DNA of 60,401 nucleotides, counting the filler. It is 4 parts of 4 records of this genome, joined end to end, with 100 filler letters (N's around TTAATTAATTAA, not from the genome) between each part and the next. Parts side by side here need not be neighbours in the genome. Positions count along the whole stretch, not along the records: positions 18,228 to 47,386 come from SRR20825019_489; 3 more parts are not named here. One strand, 5' to 3'. Shown piece after piece: positions 37,212 through 47,486 of this stretch (positions are counted from its first letter, which is position 1; the number at the start of each line of letters is the position of its first letter). Both the position numbers and the translations under genes were made by a program. Below the pieces are notes generated by a model. That model saw only the letters and a program-made list of their open reading frames with translations, searched no databases and was not told where the DNA came from.

Positions 37212-38816
37212 TTACTCGGCCGGGCTATTGGCAATGGCCAGTGGTTTATCCGGGTTCATGCCAGCCTCAATTTTGGCTTCACGCACCATCTGGCGCACAT
37301 CGGCCCGCAGCTTGGCGGCGTCAAAAACAATACCGTCCTTGATGGTCCAGCGCACACCGCCGACCCGTTCCACGAGCCCAGTTTCCCGGTTCAGTTTCAC
37401 AGCACCTGTGCCGTATAGCACCTTGAAGTTATGAAGTGGGTTTTCGTCAACCACCACGATGTCAGCCTTTTTGCCAACCTCTACGGCGCCGATATCGCTC
37501 TCCATCTTCAACTCCTGCGCACCGATTGTGGTGGCGGAGCGGATAACCTCAAGCGGGTGGAAGCCAGCTTCCTGCAAAAGCTCAAACTCCTGAATATAGC
37601 CAAAGCCATAAAGGCTGTAGATATAGCCGGTGTCGCTGCCCACACCCACTTTACCGCCGCGGTTTTTATAGTCGTTGATGAACTGCATCCATAGTTTGTA
37701 GTTCTTCTTCCACTCAACCTCGTGTTCTGTGGTCCAGTCAAACCAATAAGAGCCGTGGGCTTCTGCGCTTGGGCGGTAGAAATCCCATAGCGCGGGCATG
37801 GTGTATTCGTCGTGCCAGACGGCGCGGCTCATGCGCATCAGGTCGCGCGAGGCCACATAAATTGTAAAGGTGGGGTTGAGGGCAAAGTCACGCTCCAGCA
37901 GCGTGTCCATCACCTCGTTCCATTTTGGAGAGCCGGGTTTGGCGGCTTGTTTCCAAAGCTTTCCGGCTTCACCAAAGCGGTCCATCTCGTCCGTATAGAT
38001 ATAGTCGGACGGATAGTCTTGAATGAGCTTGTCCTCGAACATGGCTTCCGGCAGCCCGTACCAATGCTCCATGCTATCAAGCCCGTGGGCTGAGGTATCC
38101 AGCACATTGGCGTCGGTCACTGCCGTTTGTGAATGGTGCATGGTGGTGGGCAGGCCAAGTTTCTGAGCTTCATCAAGGCCAGCCATCAGCACAGCTTTCG
38201 GATTGCCGACAAATTTAACACCGTCCGCCCCCATTTTCTTGAAGCGCTGAATTGTTTCGCGGGCTTCCTTCACGCTTTTGATGCCGGAGAAGGCCGGATA
38301 AGCCACCAGTCGGGGAGCGGTAATGTCGTTATTCTCGCTACGTTTCTTGAAATCAAGCGTGCGTTCAAACCCGCTGAAACCCACAATGCGGGCGGTGGTA
38401 ACGCCGTGCGATAGCCACAGCTTGAAGATATAATCGGGGGAGACACCTTGCCCGAAATCCTTGCCGTGGATGTGGGCGTGCACATCAACAAAGCCGGGCA
38501 GGATGTATTTGCCGGTGACGTCCAGCTCGCGGTCACCTTTTGCCGGGCGACCTTCTTCCTTGATCGGGCTGCCAGGTACGCCCACAACCTGTATCTCGGT
38601 GATACGGTTGTTCTCGATCACCACATCAGCCGGGCCGTAGGCTGGGCCACCGGTGCCGTCAATGATATAACCACCCCTGAGGACAAGGCGCTCGTACCGG
38701 CCTTCACCGTCGGTGCCGTCAGGCAATTCATCTTTTGTGCTGTCTGCGGCCGATAGACCAAAGCCTAAAGACGCGATGGCCAGAGCCGTGAGGCCCAAAC
38801 GTCTGAGCGTATTCAT
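37212..38816 (-). CDS. Secreted amidohydrolase-family protein
   Basis: Signal peptide, PGFVDVHAH, GSD, GKKADIVV. Confidence 0.9.
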   Translation of the reverse strand: MNTLRRLGLTALAIASLGFGLSAADSTKDELPDGTDGEGRYERLVLRGGYIIDGTGGPAYGPADVVIENNRITEIQVVGVPGSPIKEEGRPAKGDRELDVTGKYILPGFVDVHAHIHGKDFGQGVSPDYIFKLWLSHGVTTARIVGFSGFERTLDFKKRSENNDITAPRLVAYPAFSGIKSVKEARETIQRFKKMGADGVKFVGNPKAVLMAGLDEAQKLGLPTTMHHSQTAVTDANVLDTSAHGLDSMEHWYGLPEAMFEDKLIQDYPSDYIYTDEMDRFGEAGKLWKQAAKPGSPKWNEVMDTLLERDFALNPTFTIYVASRDLMRMSRAVWHDEYTMPALWDFYRPSAEAHGSYWFDWTTEHEVEWKKNYKLWMQFINDYKNRGGKVGVGSDTGYIYSLYGFGYIQEFELLQEAGFHPLEVIRSATTIGAQELKMESDIGAVEVGKKADIVVVDENPLHNFKVLYGTGAVKLNRETGLVERVGGVRWTIKDGIVFDAAKLRADVRQMVREAKIEAGMNPDKPLAIANSPAE

Positions 38817-38944
38817 TCCTGCTCCCCCTGTTTTCATGTGTCGATCTAGGCGGGTGGGAGGCAGCCTTCTCCCACTTATCCGCCCTCATGTAACCCAGAG
38901 GATACAGTACATAATTTCGACGCCGCGTACAGCCCACCGTGGGT

Positions 38945-40303
38945 TTAGAGCGCCGGGGTCTCCACGGTCTGTGCCAAAGCCTTCTGGCGCTCTTCCTCTT
39001 CCACCACGGCGGCGGCGAAAGCCTTGCGTCCCCACAACAGCAGGCCAATGCAGCAGGGTGTGGTAATGGCCGCAACAAGCGCGAGTGAATAGTTGAGCAT
39101 CATTTTATCGCCGAACAGGCTGTCAGTCAGGAAGCCGATCAGAAAAGGTCCGCCACCATAGCCGAGGATGTTGGTACAAAAGACATAGAATGCAATTACC
39201 TGCCCGCGCATCTGGTTCGGTGTGATGATCTGAAGGGAGGCAAATGCGATGCCGGATGGCAGATTGATGAAAAAGTTGGAAAAGCCCAGCACCCACCAAA
39301 CGAGGTTTGTATCGGAAATGAATGGGAGAGCCACTGCAGGAATCAGGTAACCAAAAGGCGCGACGAGAAGCGCACGCACATGGGAATCTTGCTTGCCTTG
39401 AGCGAGCCAGCGGTCCGCCAGATAGCCGCCAAGTAGCAGTCCGGCTGGCCCGGTTACTAGAGAGATCAGCCCAAATGTCTTGCCTACGTCTCCGGGCTCA
39501 AGACCGTGATAGCGGTGGAAAAACAAGGTGAGGAAAATAAGCGTGCCGAAGCCAAGCATGGCGACAAAAGAAACGCCGAAGCAAATACCAGCATACGCAC
39601 GGAAGCGGTTCTTTACGTGGGCAATTACTTCTCGTACAGGAATGCTGTCGCTTTCACCGGTCGCGCCCTTGCGGCTGGGTTCCTTTACCGTGAACATCAA
39701 AAGTGTGAGCAGCATGCCCGGCAGGCCTACCATCAGCAGCACTTTTTGCCAGTTGCGCATCAGTTCACCACCAGGCACCACGATATCGGGTAACTGGTCG
39801 GCTAGGTTAATTACCGTTCCACCGACATAAAAGGCAAGCGCAGAGCCAACTGGGATACCCATAGCGTAGACGCTAAGCGCTGTAGCTAGCCGCTTTTTGG
39901 GGAAGCTATCGGCCACCAGCGAATTGGCGGCGGGAGCAAGTGCGGCTTCTCCGACACCGACACCGATGCGAAGTGCAAACAGCATCCAGTAGCCTCGGGC
40001 CAGCGACGACAGTGCAGTCATCAAGCTCCAGACAAGAAGGCCAACCGCGATCAGGCCGCGACGACTGCGGCTGTCGGCAATGCGTGCGAAGGGCAGGCCA
40101 AAAAGAGTATAGAAAACTGCGAAGCCAAATCCGGTCAGTAGGCCGAACATGGTGTCAGATATCTGGAAATCCTTAATGATCCAAGGGCCAAGCAGGCCAA
40201 GAATTTGCCTGTCGATGAAGGAAAAGGTGTAGATAACCAGCAGCAATGCCACCATATACCACGCATAGGCCGGGCGTGGATAACCGGATTGGTTGGATGA
40301 CAT
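38945..40303 (-). CDS. MFS transporter (spinster-like)
   Basis: SFIDRQIL, RIADSRSRR, RIGVGVGEA; about 12 TM. Confidence 0.93.
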   Translation of the reverse strand: MSSNQSGYPRPAYAWYMVALLLVIYTFSFIDRQILGLLGPWIIKDFQISDTMFGLLTGFGFAVFYTLFGLPFARIADSRSRRGLIAVGLLVWSLMTALSSLARGYWMLFALRIGVGVGEAALAPAANSLVADSFPKKRLATALSVYAMGIPVGSALAFYVGGTVINLADQLPDIVVPGGELMRNWQKVLLMVGLPGMLLTLLMFTVKEPSRKGATGESDSIPVREVIAHVKNRFRAYAGICFGVSFVAMLGFGTLIFLTLFFHRYHGLEPGDVGKTFGLISLVTGPAGLLLGGYLADRWLAQGKQDSHVRALLVAPFGYLIPAVALPFISDTNLVWWVLGFSNFFINLPSGIAFASLQIITPNQMRGQVIAFYVFCTNILGYGGGPFLIGFLTDSLFGDKMMLNYSLALVAAITTPCCIGLLLWGRKAFAAAVVEEEERQKALAQTVETPAL

Positions 40304-40442
40304 AGGCGCTCCCCTCGCTTTGCCCGAAGGCTGTCATTCGGTTTTTGGCCTTTTATTCATTGGCCCGATCCTTTAGACACTCGAGACATTAGGTCGGGCG
40401 AAACGCCAGACTGTCAAGGTACCGTAGCGTTTGGGATATACG

Positions 40443-40859
40443 ATGTCGCTTGAAAATACAACGATCGTTGAAATTTTGGATACGTTTGAGTTTCTCGAGG
40501 ATTGGGAAGACAAGTATCGCTATATCATTGACCTGGGCCGCAAGCTGCCGCCGCTCAGCGATAACGAGATGACAGACGAGTATAAGGTGCGCGGCTGCCA
40601 GAGCCAGGTTTGGCTGGTGCCCGAGACCGATACTGAGGGCCATATCATCCTGCGCGGTGACAGCGACGCCCATATCGTCAAGGGGCTGGTTGCGATCATG
40701 CTTCTGATCTTCTCAGGCAAAACCGCCGCTGAGATCAAGGCAACAGATGCCCGCGCGATCCTTGATCAGCTTGGCCTTGCGTCGCACCTGTCGCCGCTTC
40801 GTGCCAATGGGCTTTTTGCCATGGTGGAACGTATCTACGGTATCGCCGAAGCTGCGTAA
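40443..40859 (+). CDS. sufE: SufE family Fe-S sulfur acceptor
   Basis: DWEDKYRYIIDLG, VRGCQSQVW, DSDAHIVKGL, LSPLRANG. Confidence 0.93.
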   Translation: MSLENTTIVEILDTFEFLEDWEDKYRYIIDLGRKLPPLSDNEMTDEYKVRGCQSQVWLVPETDTEGHIILRGDSDAHIVKGLVAIMLLIFSGKTAAEIKATDARAILDQLGLASHLSPLRANGLFAMVERIYGIAEAA

Positions 40860-40931
40860 GCTCACAAGTTTCCGGCAATAAAAAAAAGGGGCCCAAACGG
40901 CCCCTTAATCATTTCTATATGGTCGCTCGGG

Positions 40932-42347
40932 TTAGCCAGTGATTGTATCGAAGATGATTTTTACGAAGATTACACCAACTGCAATCGGGCTCACAAAGCG
41001 CACCAGGAAGTACCAGATACGGAAGCTGCGATCCTCTAGTGCCAACTCGTCCATCATGGCTTTGCGGCTCACGAACCAACCCACAAACAGCGCCGTAAAC
41101 ATGCCAGCCAGCGGCATCATGATGTTGTTGGTGAGGAAGTCTTTCGCGTCCATGATGTTCACACCAAAGATACGAACGTCCGAGAGCAGGTTTGTGCCCT
41201 GGCTATAGGCTGACAGCACACCCACAAGACCTGCAGCCACACCCATGGTTATCGCAACCTTGCGGCGGCTCATGGTTGTTTTCTCTGCGATATAGGATAC
41301 TGGCGGCTCGAGAAGCGAGATCGCGCTCGTTACCGCAGCAACTGCCAACAGCGCAAAGAAGAGCGTGCCAACAAGCGTGCCAAGCGGCATCTGGCCAAAC
41401 GCAATCGGCAGGGTCATGAACACAAGGCCGCCACCTTGGCCAACATCGAGGCCGTAAGCAAACACGATCGGAAAGATCGCAAGGCCTGCCATCAAGGCAA
41501 CAGCACTATCGGCGCTGGCAATAATCACGGCAGATTTGCCGAGGTTCACATCACGGCGCAGGTATGAGCCATATGTCATGATCGAACCAAGTGCGAGCGA
41601 GAGCGAGAAGAAAGACTGCCCAAGCGCCTGCAGCACGGTATCAAGGCTGAAATGCCGGGTTACTTCGCCGCTCGCGAGGACTGTCTCTTTATAGAAAAGC
41701 TGATCGAAATCCGGGTTGAAAAGGAAGTCGATCGTGGCAAGGAAAGCACCGTTGAACGCTGAGTAGATCACGAGGATCAACAGAAGCGCGAATAGTGCGG
41801 GCATCAGAAGTGTGACAGCTTTTTCAAGCCCGCCTTGCACGCCCTTGGCCACGATAAAGATCGTGATCGCCATAAACGCCACGTGGGAAACAATCGTCAT
41901 CACAGGGTCGCTGATGTAGGCTAGGAAGGTTGCCTGGCTTGCTTCGGCTGTAATGCCAGAGAAGGCACCGGTGACAGCTTTGGCCATATAAGCCAGTGTC
42001 CAGCCGCCAACAACCGAATAGAAGCTGATGACGATAAACGCGCCAACAACGCCGGACCAGCCAATGAGCGCCCACAACGGGTTACGCTTTTCCTCGCGGG
42101 CGATTTTTGCCATCGAGTTAATAGGTGACATCTGCCCGCGGCGACCCAGTGAAAGCTCGGCCACCAGCATTGGCACACCGATCACGAAAACAAAAATCAG
42201 GTAAACAAGCACGAAGGCGCCACCGCCCCCTTGGCCTGCTTCATATGGAAACTTCCAGATATTCCCAAGACCAACAGCACTACCCACCGCTGCCAGCATG
42301 AAAGCCCATTTTGAAGACCAATGGGCGTGTTGTGTGGCTCCAGCCAT
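40932..42347 (-). CDS. Sodium-dependent transporter (NSS/SNF family)
   Basis: GSAVGLGNIWKFPY, QSFFSLSL, TSAISLLE. Confidence 0.95.
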   Translation of the reverse strand: MAGATQHAHWSSKWAFMLAAVGSAVGLGNIWKFPYEAGQGGGGAFVLVYLIFVFVIGVPMLVAELSLGRRGQMSPINSMAKIAREEKRNPLWALIGWSGVVGAFIVISFYSVVGGWTLAYMAKAVTGAFSGITAEASQATFLAYISDPVMTIVSHVAFMAITIFIVAKGVQGGLEKAVTLLMPALFALLLILVIYSAFNGAFLATIDFLFNPDFDQLFYKETVLASGEVTRHFSLDTVLQALGQSFFSLSLALGSIMTYGSYLRRDVNLGKSAVIIASADSAVALMAGLAIFPIVFAYGLDVGQGGGLVFMTLPIAFGQMPLGTLVGTLFFALLAVAAVTSAISLLEPPVSYIAEKTTMSRRKVAITMGVAAGLVGVLSAYSQGTNLLSDVRIFGVNIMDAKDFLTNNIMMPLAGMFTALFVGWFVSRKAMMDELALEDRSFRIWYFLVRFVSPIAVGVIFVKIIFDTITG

Positions 42348-42585
42348 TATTTCCTCTCCCCAGAGTACTAGATACGCGCGCTGACGACTGTGAACGCCAG
42401 CCACATAAGTTGCAGGCTTTTTAGCCTGTTTCATTATGAAGGCCACATGGTTCTGCAGCCTATAAAAACGGCGCCATCATAGGCAGATGACGCGGCGATA
42501 ACCAGCCTGAAATTGGTTTGGAGATGGTTGGGGGCAACGTTGCTTTCGCCAGCCCAGTTAAAACAGCGCTAAAACAGCCTCTAAG

Positions 42586-43398
42586 TTATTGAGATGTATC
42601 CATAACCGCGCAATAGTCGCCCTGGCTTTTCACCTGGTTGCACAGGGTTTGCGCGCCAGATTTTTCTTCAAGCCGTACGCCAAGCCGCAGCGCAAAACCG
42701 CCAACGTTCACTTCCCACTGGTCAATGATACCGCTGAGTGCCGGGTATTTTTTCTCAAGAATACTTTTTGACGACACGGCTTGTTCATAGGACCGATAAG
42801 ACGCCAGATGCGCAAACCAGCGCCCAAGGGGTGAGCTGCCGCTTGGGCGGCTCACGTCGCGCCGTGGGCCTGTGTTGCCTGCGGCAGGGGTCGTGCGGGC
42901 AACGTCCGCCGGTTTTTCCGTGATAGAGGGCAAGCTGTGATCAAGCCTGACAGGCTGCATACGCGACACGTCCATGGCTTGAAGCTCGCTGGCGATAATG
43001 GCGAGGCGGCGGCCAGCTTCAGACCCGACCGCGCCGTCAGCCATCACTTCATTTCCGCACCGCAGGAAAACCCTATCGCGTGAACCGGAACTCATGAGAG
43101 AGGCATATATACGCCGCGCCGCAACCGGCTTGCCGCTCTGCTCGAGCGCGAGGCCGGTATAAAATCTGTCTGCCGGTGATGATAAAGGTTCGCTGATCAA
43201 GATGCGTGCTGCGTCAATGGCGCGCCCTTCACACATGGCTTGTTCAACCGCGTTGCTGGCGCGCTGCGTGGTGACACCTTTTGGCTGTACGCTGCGTGAC
43301 ATACCGCCTGTATCACAGGCCGCCAGAAGAAGCAGTGCGGCGGCGCCGCTTACCAGTTTAAACCCAGCTCGGTGCGAGAAATCAGTTAGGCAGCGCAT
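42586..43398 (-). CDS. Lipoprotein with a C-terminal SPOR-like domain
   Basis: Lipobox LAAC, helical region, Pro-rich linker, HLASYRS...LC..VK..G..C SPOR pattern. Confidence 0.75.
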   Translation of the reverse strand: MRCLTDFSHRAGFKLVSGAAALLLLAACDTGGMSRSVQPKGVTTQRASNAVEQAMCEGRAIDAARILISEPLSSPADRFYTGLALEQSGKPVAARRIYASLMSSGSRDRVFLRCGNEVMADGAVGSEAGRRLAIIASELQAMDVSRMQPVRLDHSLPSITEKPADVARTTPAAGNTGPRRDVSRPSGSSPLGRWFAHLASYRSYEQAVSSKSILEKKYPALSGIIDQWEVNVGGFALRLGVRLEEKSGAQTLCNQVKSQGDYCAVMDTSQ

Positions 43399-44122
43399 CT
43401 AGGATCATCCGATTGTTGCGCGGCTGCAGGGGTCGCGCGTTTTCCCCCATGATGCCGTTCATGACGGCGATCTGTTCTTTGGAGAACTCTACCGGTTCCT
43501 TAAAGATGTACCAGTTTACCCCCTCTGTGCAGGGTGGGTGGGTTTCTGACCCCATATACCGGTAATAGGTGCCACTGTGGGGCATGAAGTCGCGGGCGTT
43601 GATCTTGACGTCTGGCCTGCGGGATGTCTGGTCGGGTTCAATCGGCAGGTGCGGCCACAGCTCTTCCGCCGCTATGTTTGCCGAGCCTTCTTTCACCAGT
43701 ACGGCAACACGGGCCTGGGTGCCGTCTGCCGCGCGGTGATCGAAATGAATTTCCATCGGGAAGCTCTGGGCCATCACCCGGTGTTCACCCGGTGTATGGA
43801 AATGAAAGCCGGTCAGCTCAAAGGTTTTATCACCCACACGCAGCATGCTGCCGGGTGCATAATCAAACCGTATGGTGCGCCGGTCATTTTTCATATCAAC
43901 GGGCGAGACGTTATAGTTGGTCTCAAGCCGGTTGAGGAGGACGGCTTCCGTGCCTTCCATGATGATAGGGGACTGCATGGAGCCATTGGCACAAACACTG
44001 GAAATAGAGCCCCAGCTGTTAGGCCCGTTAGAGCCGGAATAGCTCCAGTTATCCTGCGCAGAGGCTGACGCGGCAAGTGCAGTTGCCATGAAAAGTGATC
44101 CAACCGGTCCGGTCCAGTTCAT
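43382..44122 (-). CDS. Periplasmic alpha-carbonic anhydrase-fold protein with an atypical pocket
   Basis: WSYSG, QSP, FHFHTPGEH, EIH, GSxTxPPC.EGV.W; signal peptide. Confidence 0.9.
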   Translation of the reverse strand: MNWTGPVGSLFMATALAASASAQDNWSYSGSNGPNSWGSISSVCANGSMQSPIIMEGTEAVLLNRLETNYNVSPVDMKNDRRTIRFDYAPGSMLRVGDKTFELTGFHFHTPGEHRVMAQSFPMEIHFDHRAADGTQARVAVLVKEGSANIAAEELWPHLPIEPDQTSRRPDVKINARDFMPHSGTYYRYMGSETHPPCTEGVNWYIFKEPVEFSKEQIAVMNGIMGENARPLQPRNNRMILDALPN

Positions 44123-44224
44123 AAGTCTCTCCTGAATATAGGTCCTATGCGGTGCGGCCTCATTGCTGCACACCCGCCCCCGCGGTGGCCCCTGTTCCTA
44201 TAGGCTACTATGGCGCGGATTTTA

Positions 44225-45664
44225 TTAAAAGCCCGTTTGTTGGGATAAAAGTGTCGCCAACTCTTTGAGGCGGTTGTTAATTTCCCGTTCTTGTAGATTA
44301 GCAAAGCCAAAAAGCAAACCATGTTGCGGCGGACATGCCCGATATGTTTCGGAAAGCGGCGAGGCTCCAATACCTGCGCGCCCCGCAATCAGCGAAAGCT
44401 TAACATCGCTCAGGTGGTTCAGCTTTGAGGTAGCGACAACATGCAGCCCGGTGTCTGACTGCTCAAAGGTAAAATAGGGCGAAAGCCACTCTCTCGCCGC
44501 ATCCATAAACAGGCCCAGTCGGGTTTTATGCACACCGCGCAGGCGACGGATATGGCGGGCGAAATGCCCTTCCTCAATGAAGCGGGTCAGCATCAGCTGG
44601 TTGCTGATGCTGGGGAAGCTGTCCACGGCCGCGCGGTGCTTGAGCACCCGGTCTACCAGCCCCAAAGGCAATACCAGATACCCGAGCCGAAGTGCCAGAA
44701 ACAGTGATTTGGAGAAGCTGCCGCCATAGATAACCCGTTCCCCGCCATCAATGCCCTGAAGCGAGTTGATCGGGCGTCCGGCATAGCGAAATTCGCTGTC
44801 GTAATCATCTTCCAGAATGAAGCAGTTTTCCCGTTGCGCCCACTCGAGAATTTCCAGCCTGCGTTTGAGCGGCATGGTCTGGCCCAGCGGATACTGTCGT
44901 GACGGGCTTGTAACCATAAGGCCTGCGGGCACGCCCGCCATTTTGGGCGGCACAGCGCCGTCTTTATCCACGCGGGTGTAAACGATAGGGTTGGAGAGCG
45001 TTTTGGCGGCAGTGGTCATGCCGGGATAGCCGGGGTCTTCAAGCACAATAGCGCGGTCACCGTCTACGACACTTTCCATCACCAATCGCACGCCTTGCTG
45101 TAGGCCGGAGGTGATGACGATCTGGTCCGGGCTTGCTGTCAAGCCGCGCGCTGCTTCCAGATAGGCCGATATGGTGCGCCTGAGCGGCAGATACCCTGCA
45201 GGGTCATTATAAAGCAGTTCGACCGCATCGGCATGACGCCAGACGCTGCCTGCTATCCGCGCCCAGATATCGGTGGGGAACTGATCAAGCGCGGGCATGC
45301 CGGAAAGGGGTCTCGCGGCTTTTTTCTCCCGCACGTTATGGCTTGTGCGGGTGCCGTCCGGCACAGCGGTCATGGTCAGGCTGGTATCGGGCAGGTCTGC
45401 GCTCACATAGGTGCCTGCGCCCTGGCGTGTTTCAAGATACCCTTCGGCCACCAGATGCTCATAAGCGGCCAGAACCGTGTTGCGGGAGATGGCCAGCCGG
45501 TCTGCCAACGCGCGGCTCGCTGGCAGGCGGTGGCCCGCGGGCAAGCTGCCGTTCAAAATCGCATGCCGCAGCATGGCCTGAAGCTGCTCATTGAGCGGTG
45601 CTTCACTGCTGGCGTCCAGCCCGGGCGCAAAAAGGGTTTCGAACATACCGTCCAAAATTGGCAC
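44225..45664 (-). CDS. MocR/PdxR-family GntR regulator (PLP aminotransferase domain)
   Basis: RLPASRALA..L.ISRNTV HTH, EDDYDSEFRY, SFSK. Confidence 0.95.
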   Translation of the reverse strand: MPILDGMFETLFAPGLDASSEAPLNEQLQAMLRHAILNGSLPAGHRLPASRALADRLAISRNTVLAAYEHLVAEGYLETRQGAGTYVSADLPDTSLTMTAVPDGTRTSHNVREKKAARPLSGMPALDQFPTDIWARIAGSVWRHADAVELLYNDPAGYLPLRRTISAYLEAARGLTASPDQIVITSGLQQGVRLVMESVVDGDRAIVLEDPGYPGMTTAAKTLSNPIVYTRVDKDGAVPPKMAGVPAGLMVTSPSRQYPLGQTMPLKRRLEILEWAQRENCFILEDDYDSEFRYAGRPINSLQGIDGGERVIYGGSFSKSLFLALRLGYLVLPLGLVDRVLKHRAAVDSFPSISNQLMLTRFIEEGHFARHIRRLRGVHKTRLGLFMDAAREWLSPYFTFEQSDTGLHVVATSKLNHLSDVKLSLIAGRAGIGASPLSETYRACPPQHGLLFGFANLQEREINNRLKELATLLSQQTGF

Positions 45665-45703
45665 CTTTAACTTAACGTAATTGGCTCTTTCTAAGGGATC
45701 AAT
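45656..45703. promoter_or_regulatory. Candidate MocR operator
   Basis: AATTGGC direct repeats at 45656 and 45679 plus an imperfect inverted copy GATCAAT at 45697. Confidence 0.55.
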
Positions 45704-45754
45704 ATAAACGCAAACTTTAGGGGTGAAAAGCGTTCAGTTCTCAGAGGTGCCACC

Positions 45755-46408
45755 ATGAGTGATTTTGCTAAAAACGACCGGAACCGGGTACGGCGGGGCC
45801 ACAAGCGTGCAGTGTATGATGAAGAGACGGTTTACCGCATTCTCGACAGTCATTTCCTGTGCCATGTGGCGTTTGAGATGGACGGCCAGCCGCATATCCT
45901 GCCAACCAGCTATTGGCGCGAGGACAACCGGCTTTACTGGCACGGCTCAAGCGCCAGCCGGATGATCAAACATCTTTCAAGCGGTGCGCCGGCCAGCGTG
46001 TGTGTGACCCAGCTTGACGGGCTTGTGCTCGCGCGCTCAGCCTTCAATACCAGCGCCAATTACCGCTCGGTGGTGTGTTTTGGTGTGCCGGAACTGGTGA
46101 CAGACGACGCGGAGTTTGACCGCCAGATGGAACTGTTTTTTGACCAGATCGCGCCTGCACGCTGGGGCCAGCTTCGGCCCATGACCGCGCAGGAGCGCAA
46201 GGCCACAGGCCTTCTGGTGATGAAGATTGAGGACGCGAGCGCCAAGGTGCGCGATGGCGGCCCCGGTGACGCTGAGGAAGCTGACTGGCCCATATGGGCC
46301 GGGCATGTGGATATCCGCACCGTAACAGGCGCGGCCCACACCGCACCTGAGGGAGAAAAAGCCCCGCTCAATCACAAGGTTTTACCCGCTTATCACTGGG
46401 CGCGATGA
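45755..46408 (+). CDS. Pyridoxamine 5'-phosphate oxidase-like flavin-binding protein
   Basis: RA.YD, HGSSASRM, DGLVLARSAF..SANYRSVV. Confidence 0.9.
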   Translation: MSDFAKNDRNRVRRGHKRAVYDEETVYRILDSHFLCHVAFEMDGQPHILPTSYWREDNRLYWHGSSASRMIKHLSSGAPASVCVTQLDGLVLARSAFNTSANYRSVVCFGVPELVTDDAEFDRQMELFFDQIAPARWGQLRPMTAQERKATGLLVMKIEDASAKVRDGGPGDAEEADWPIWAGHVDIRTVTGAAHTAPEGEKAPLNHKVLPAYHWAR

Positions 46409-46418
46409 GGAGACGAAG

Positions 46419-46727
46419 ATGCTGCAACTAAGGCCAAGTTGCGAACATTGTGACAAAGCGCTGCCACCGAACAGCACGGAGGCGATGATCTGTTCCTATG
46501 AATGTACTTTTTGTGCGGATTGCGCTGAACACGTGCTCGGTCATGTCTGCCCAAATTGCGGGGGCAATTTTGTTGCCCGGCCGATCCGTCCGTCCACTGA
46601 GTGGCGACCGGGGGTGTCGCTCAGCCACCAACCGGCGCGTAAAGACAAGGTCTTCAAACCTGTGAGCGTCCAGGAACAAAAAGAATTTGCGGCCCGCGTG
46701 AGTAAAACCCCACCCGGGTCACGATAA
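46419..46727 (+). CDS. DUF1272 family Cys-rich protein
   Basis: LRPSCEHCD, ICSYECTFCADC, CPNCGG. Confidence 0.9.
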   Translation: MLQLRPSCEHCDKALPPNSTEAMICSYECTFCADCAEHVLGHVCPNCGGNFVARPIRPSTEWRPGVSLSHQPARKDKVFKPVSVQEQKEFAARVSKTPPGSR

Positions 46728-46761
46728 GCGACGGTTAGCTGTTATTAAGAAAGCATGAGAG

Positions 46762-47386
46762 ATGTTTGATATACCAAACTGGCAGCCGAAAGCCCGGCCC
46801 GGTGTTGTATGCCTTGAGGGGCGTAATGTAACGCTTGAGCCATTTGACGTGGCCACCCATTGCGACGGTCTATTTCATGCGGTGGGGGGCGAAGAAAACG
46901 CAGACCTCTGGCAATATATCCCGCTTGGCCCCTTCGCGGATAAAACAACGCTTTGCCACGCGCTGAGAGAAGCAAACCGCCATCAGGGCTGGCAGACCCT
47001 TGTGATCCGCAAGGTGGGGGACGGTGAGGTGCTGGGTATGGCAAGTTATATGCGTATCCGTGAGGCACACGGCAGCGCCGAGGTTGGCTGTGTTGTGTTT
47101 GGCCATGCACTGCAGCGTACCCGAGAGGCGACGGAAGCCATCGCGCTGATGACTGAGCACGTGTTTGACGACCTGGGCTATCGCCGCTTTGAATGGAAAT
47201 GCAACGCGGCAAATGAGGCATCAAAGCGCGCGGCGATCCGGTTTGGCTATAGCTTTGAAGGCATTTTCAGGAACGATATGGTCATGAAGGGCAAAAACCG
47301 CGATACCGCCTGGTATTCCATCATCGACCGTGAGTGGCCAGATATCCGTGCGGCTTACCAGTTCTGGCTCAGGCCCGAGAATTTTG
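46762..47386 (+). CDS. GNAT acetyltransferase (RimJ/RimL-like), 3' truncated
   Basis: LGYRRFEWKC...N..S..AA.RFG..FEG, KNRDTAWYSI. Confidence 0.92.
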
Positions 47387-47486
47387 NNNNNNNNNNNNNN
47401 NNNNNNNNNNNNNNNNNNNNNNNNNNNNNNTTAATTAATTAANNNNNNNNNNNNNNNNNNNNNNNNNNNNNNNNNNNNNNNNNNNN
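47387..47486. other. Artificial contig linker
   Basis: 44 N + TTAATTAATTAA + 44 N. Confidence 0.98.
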
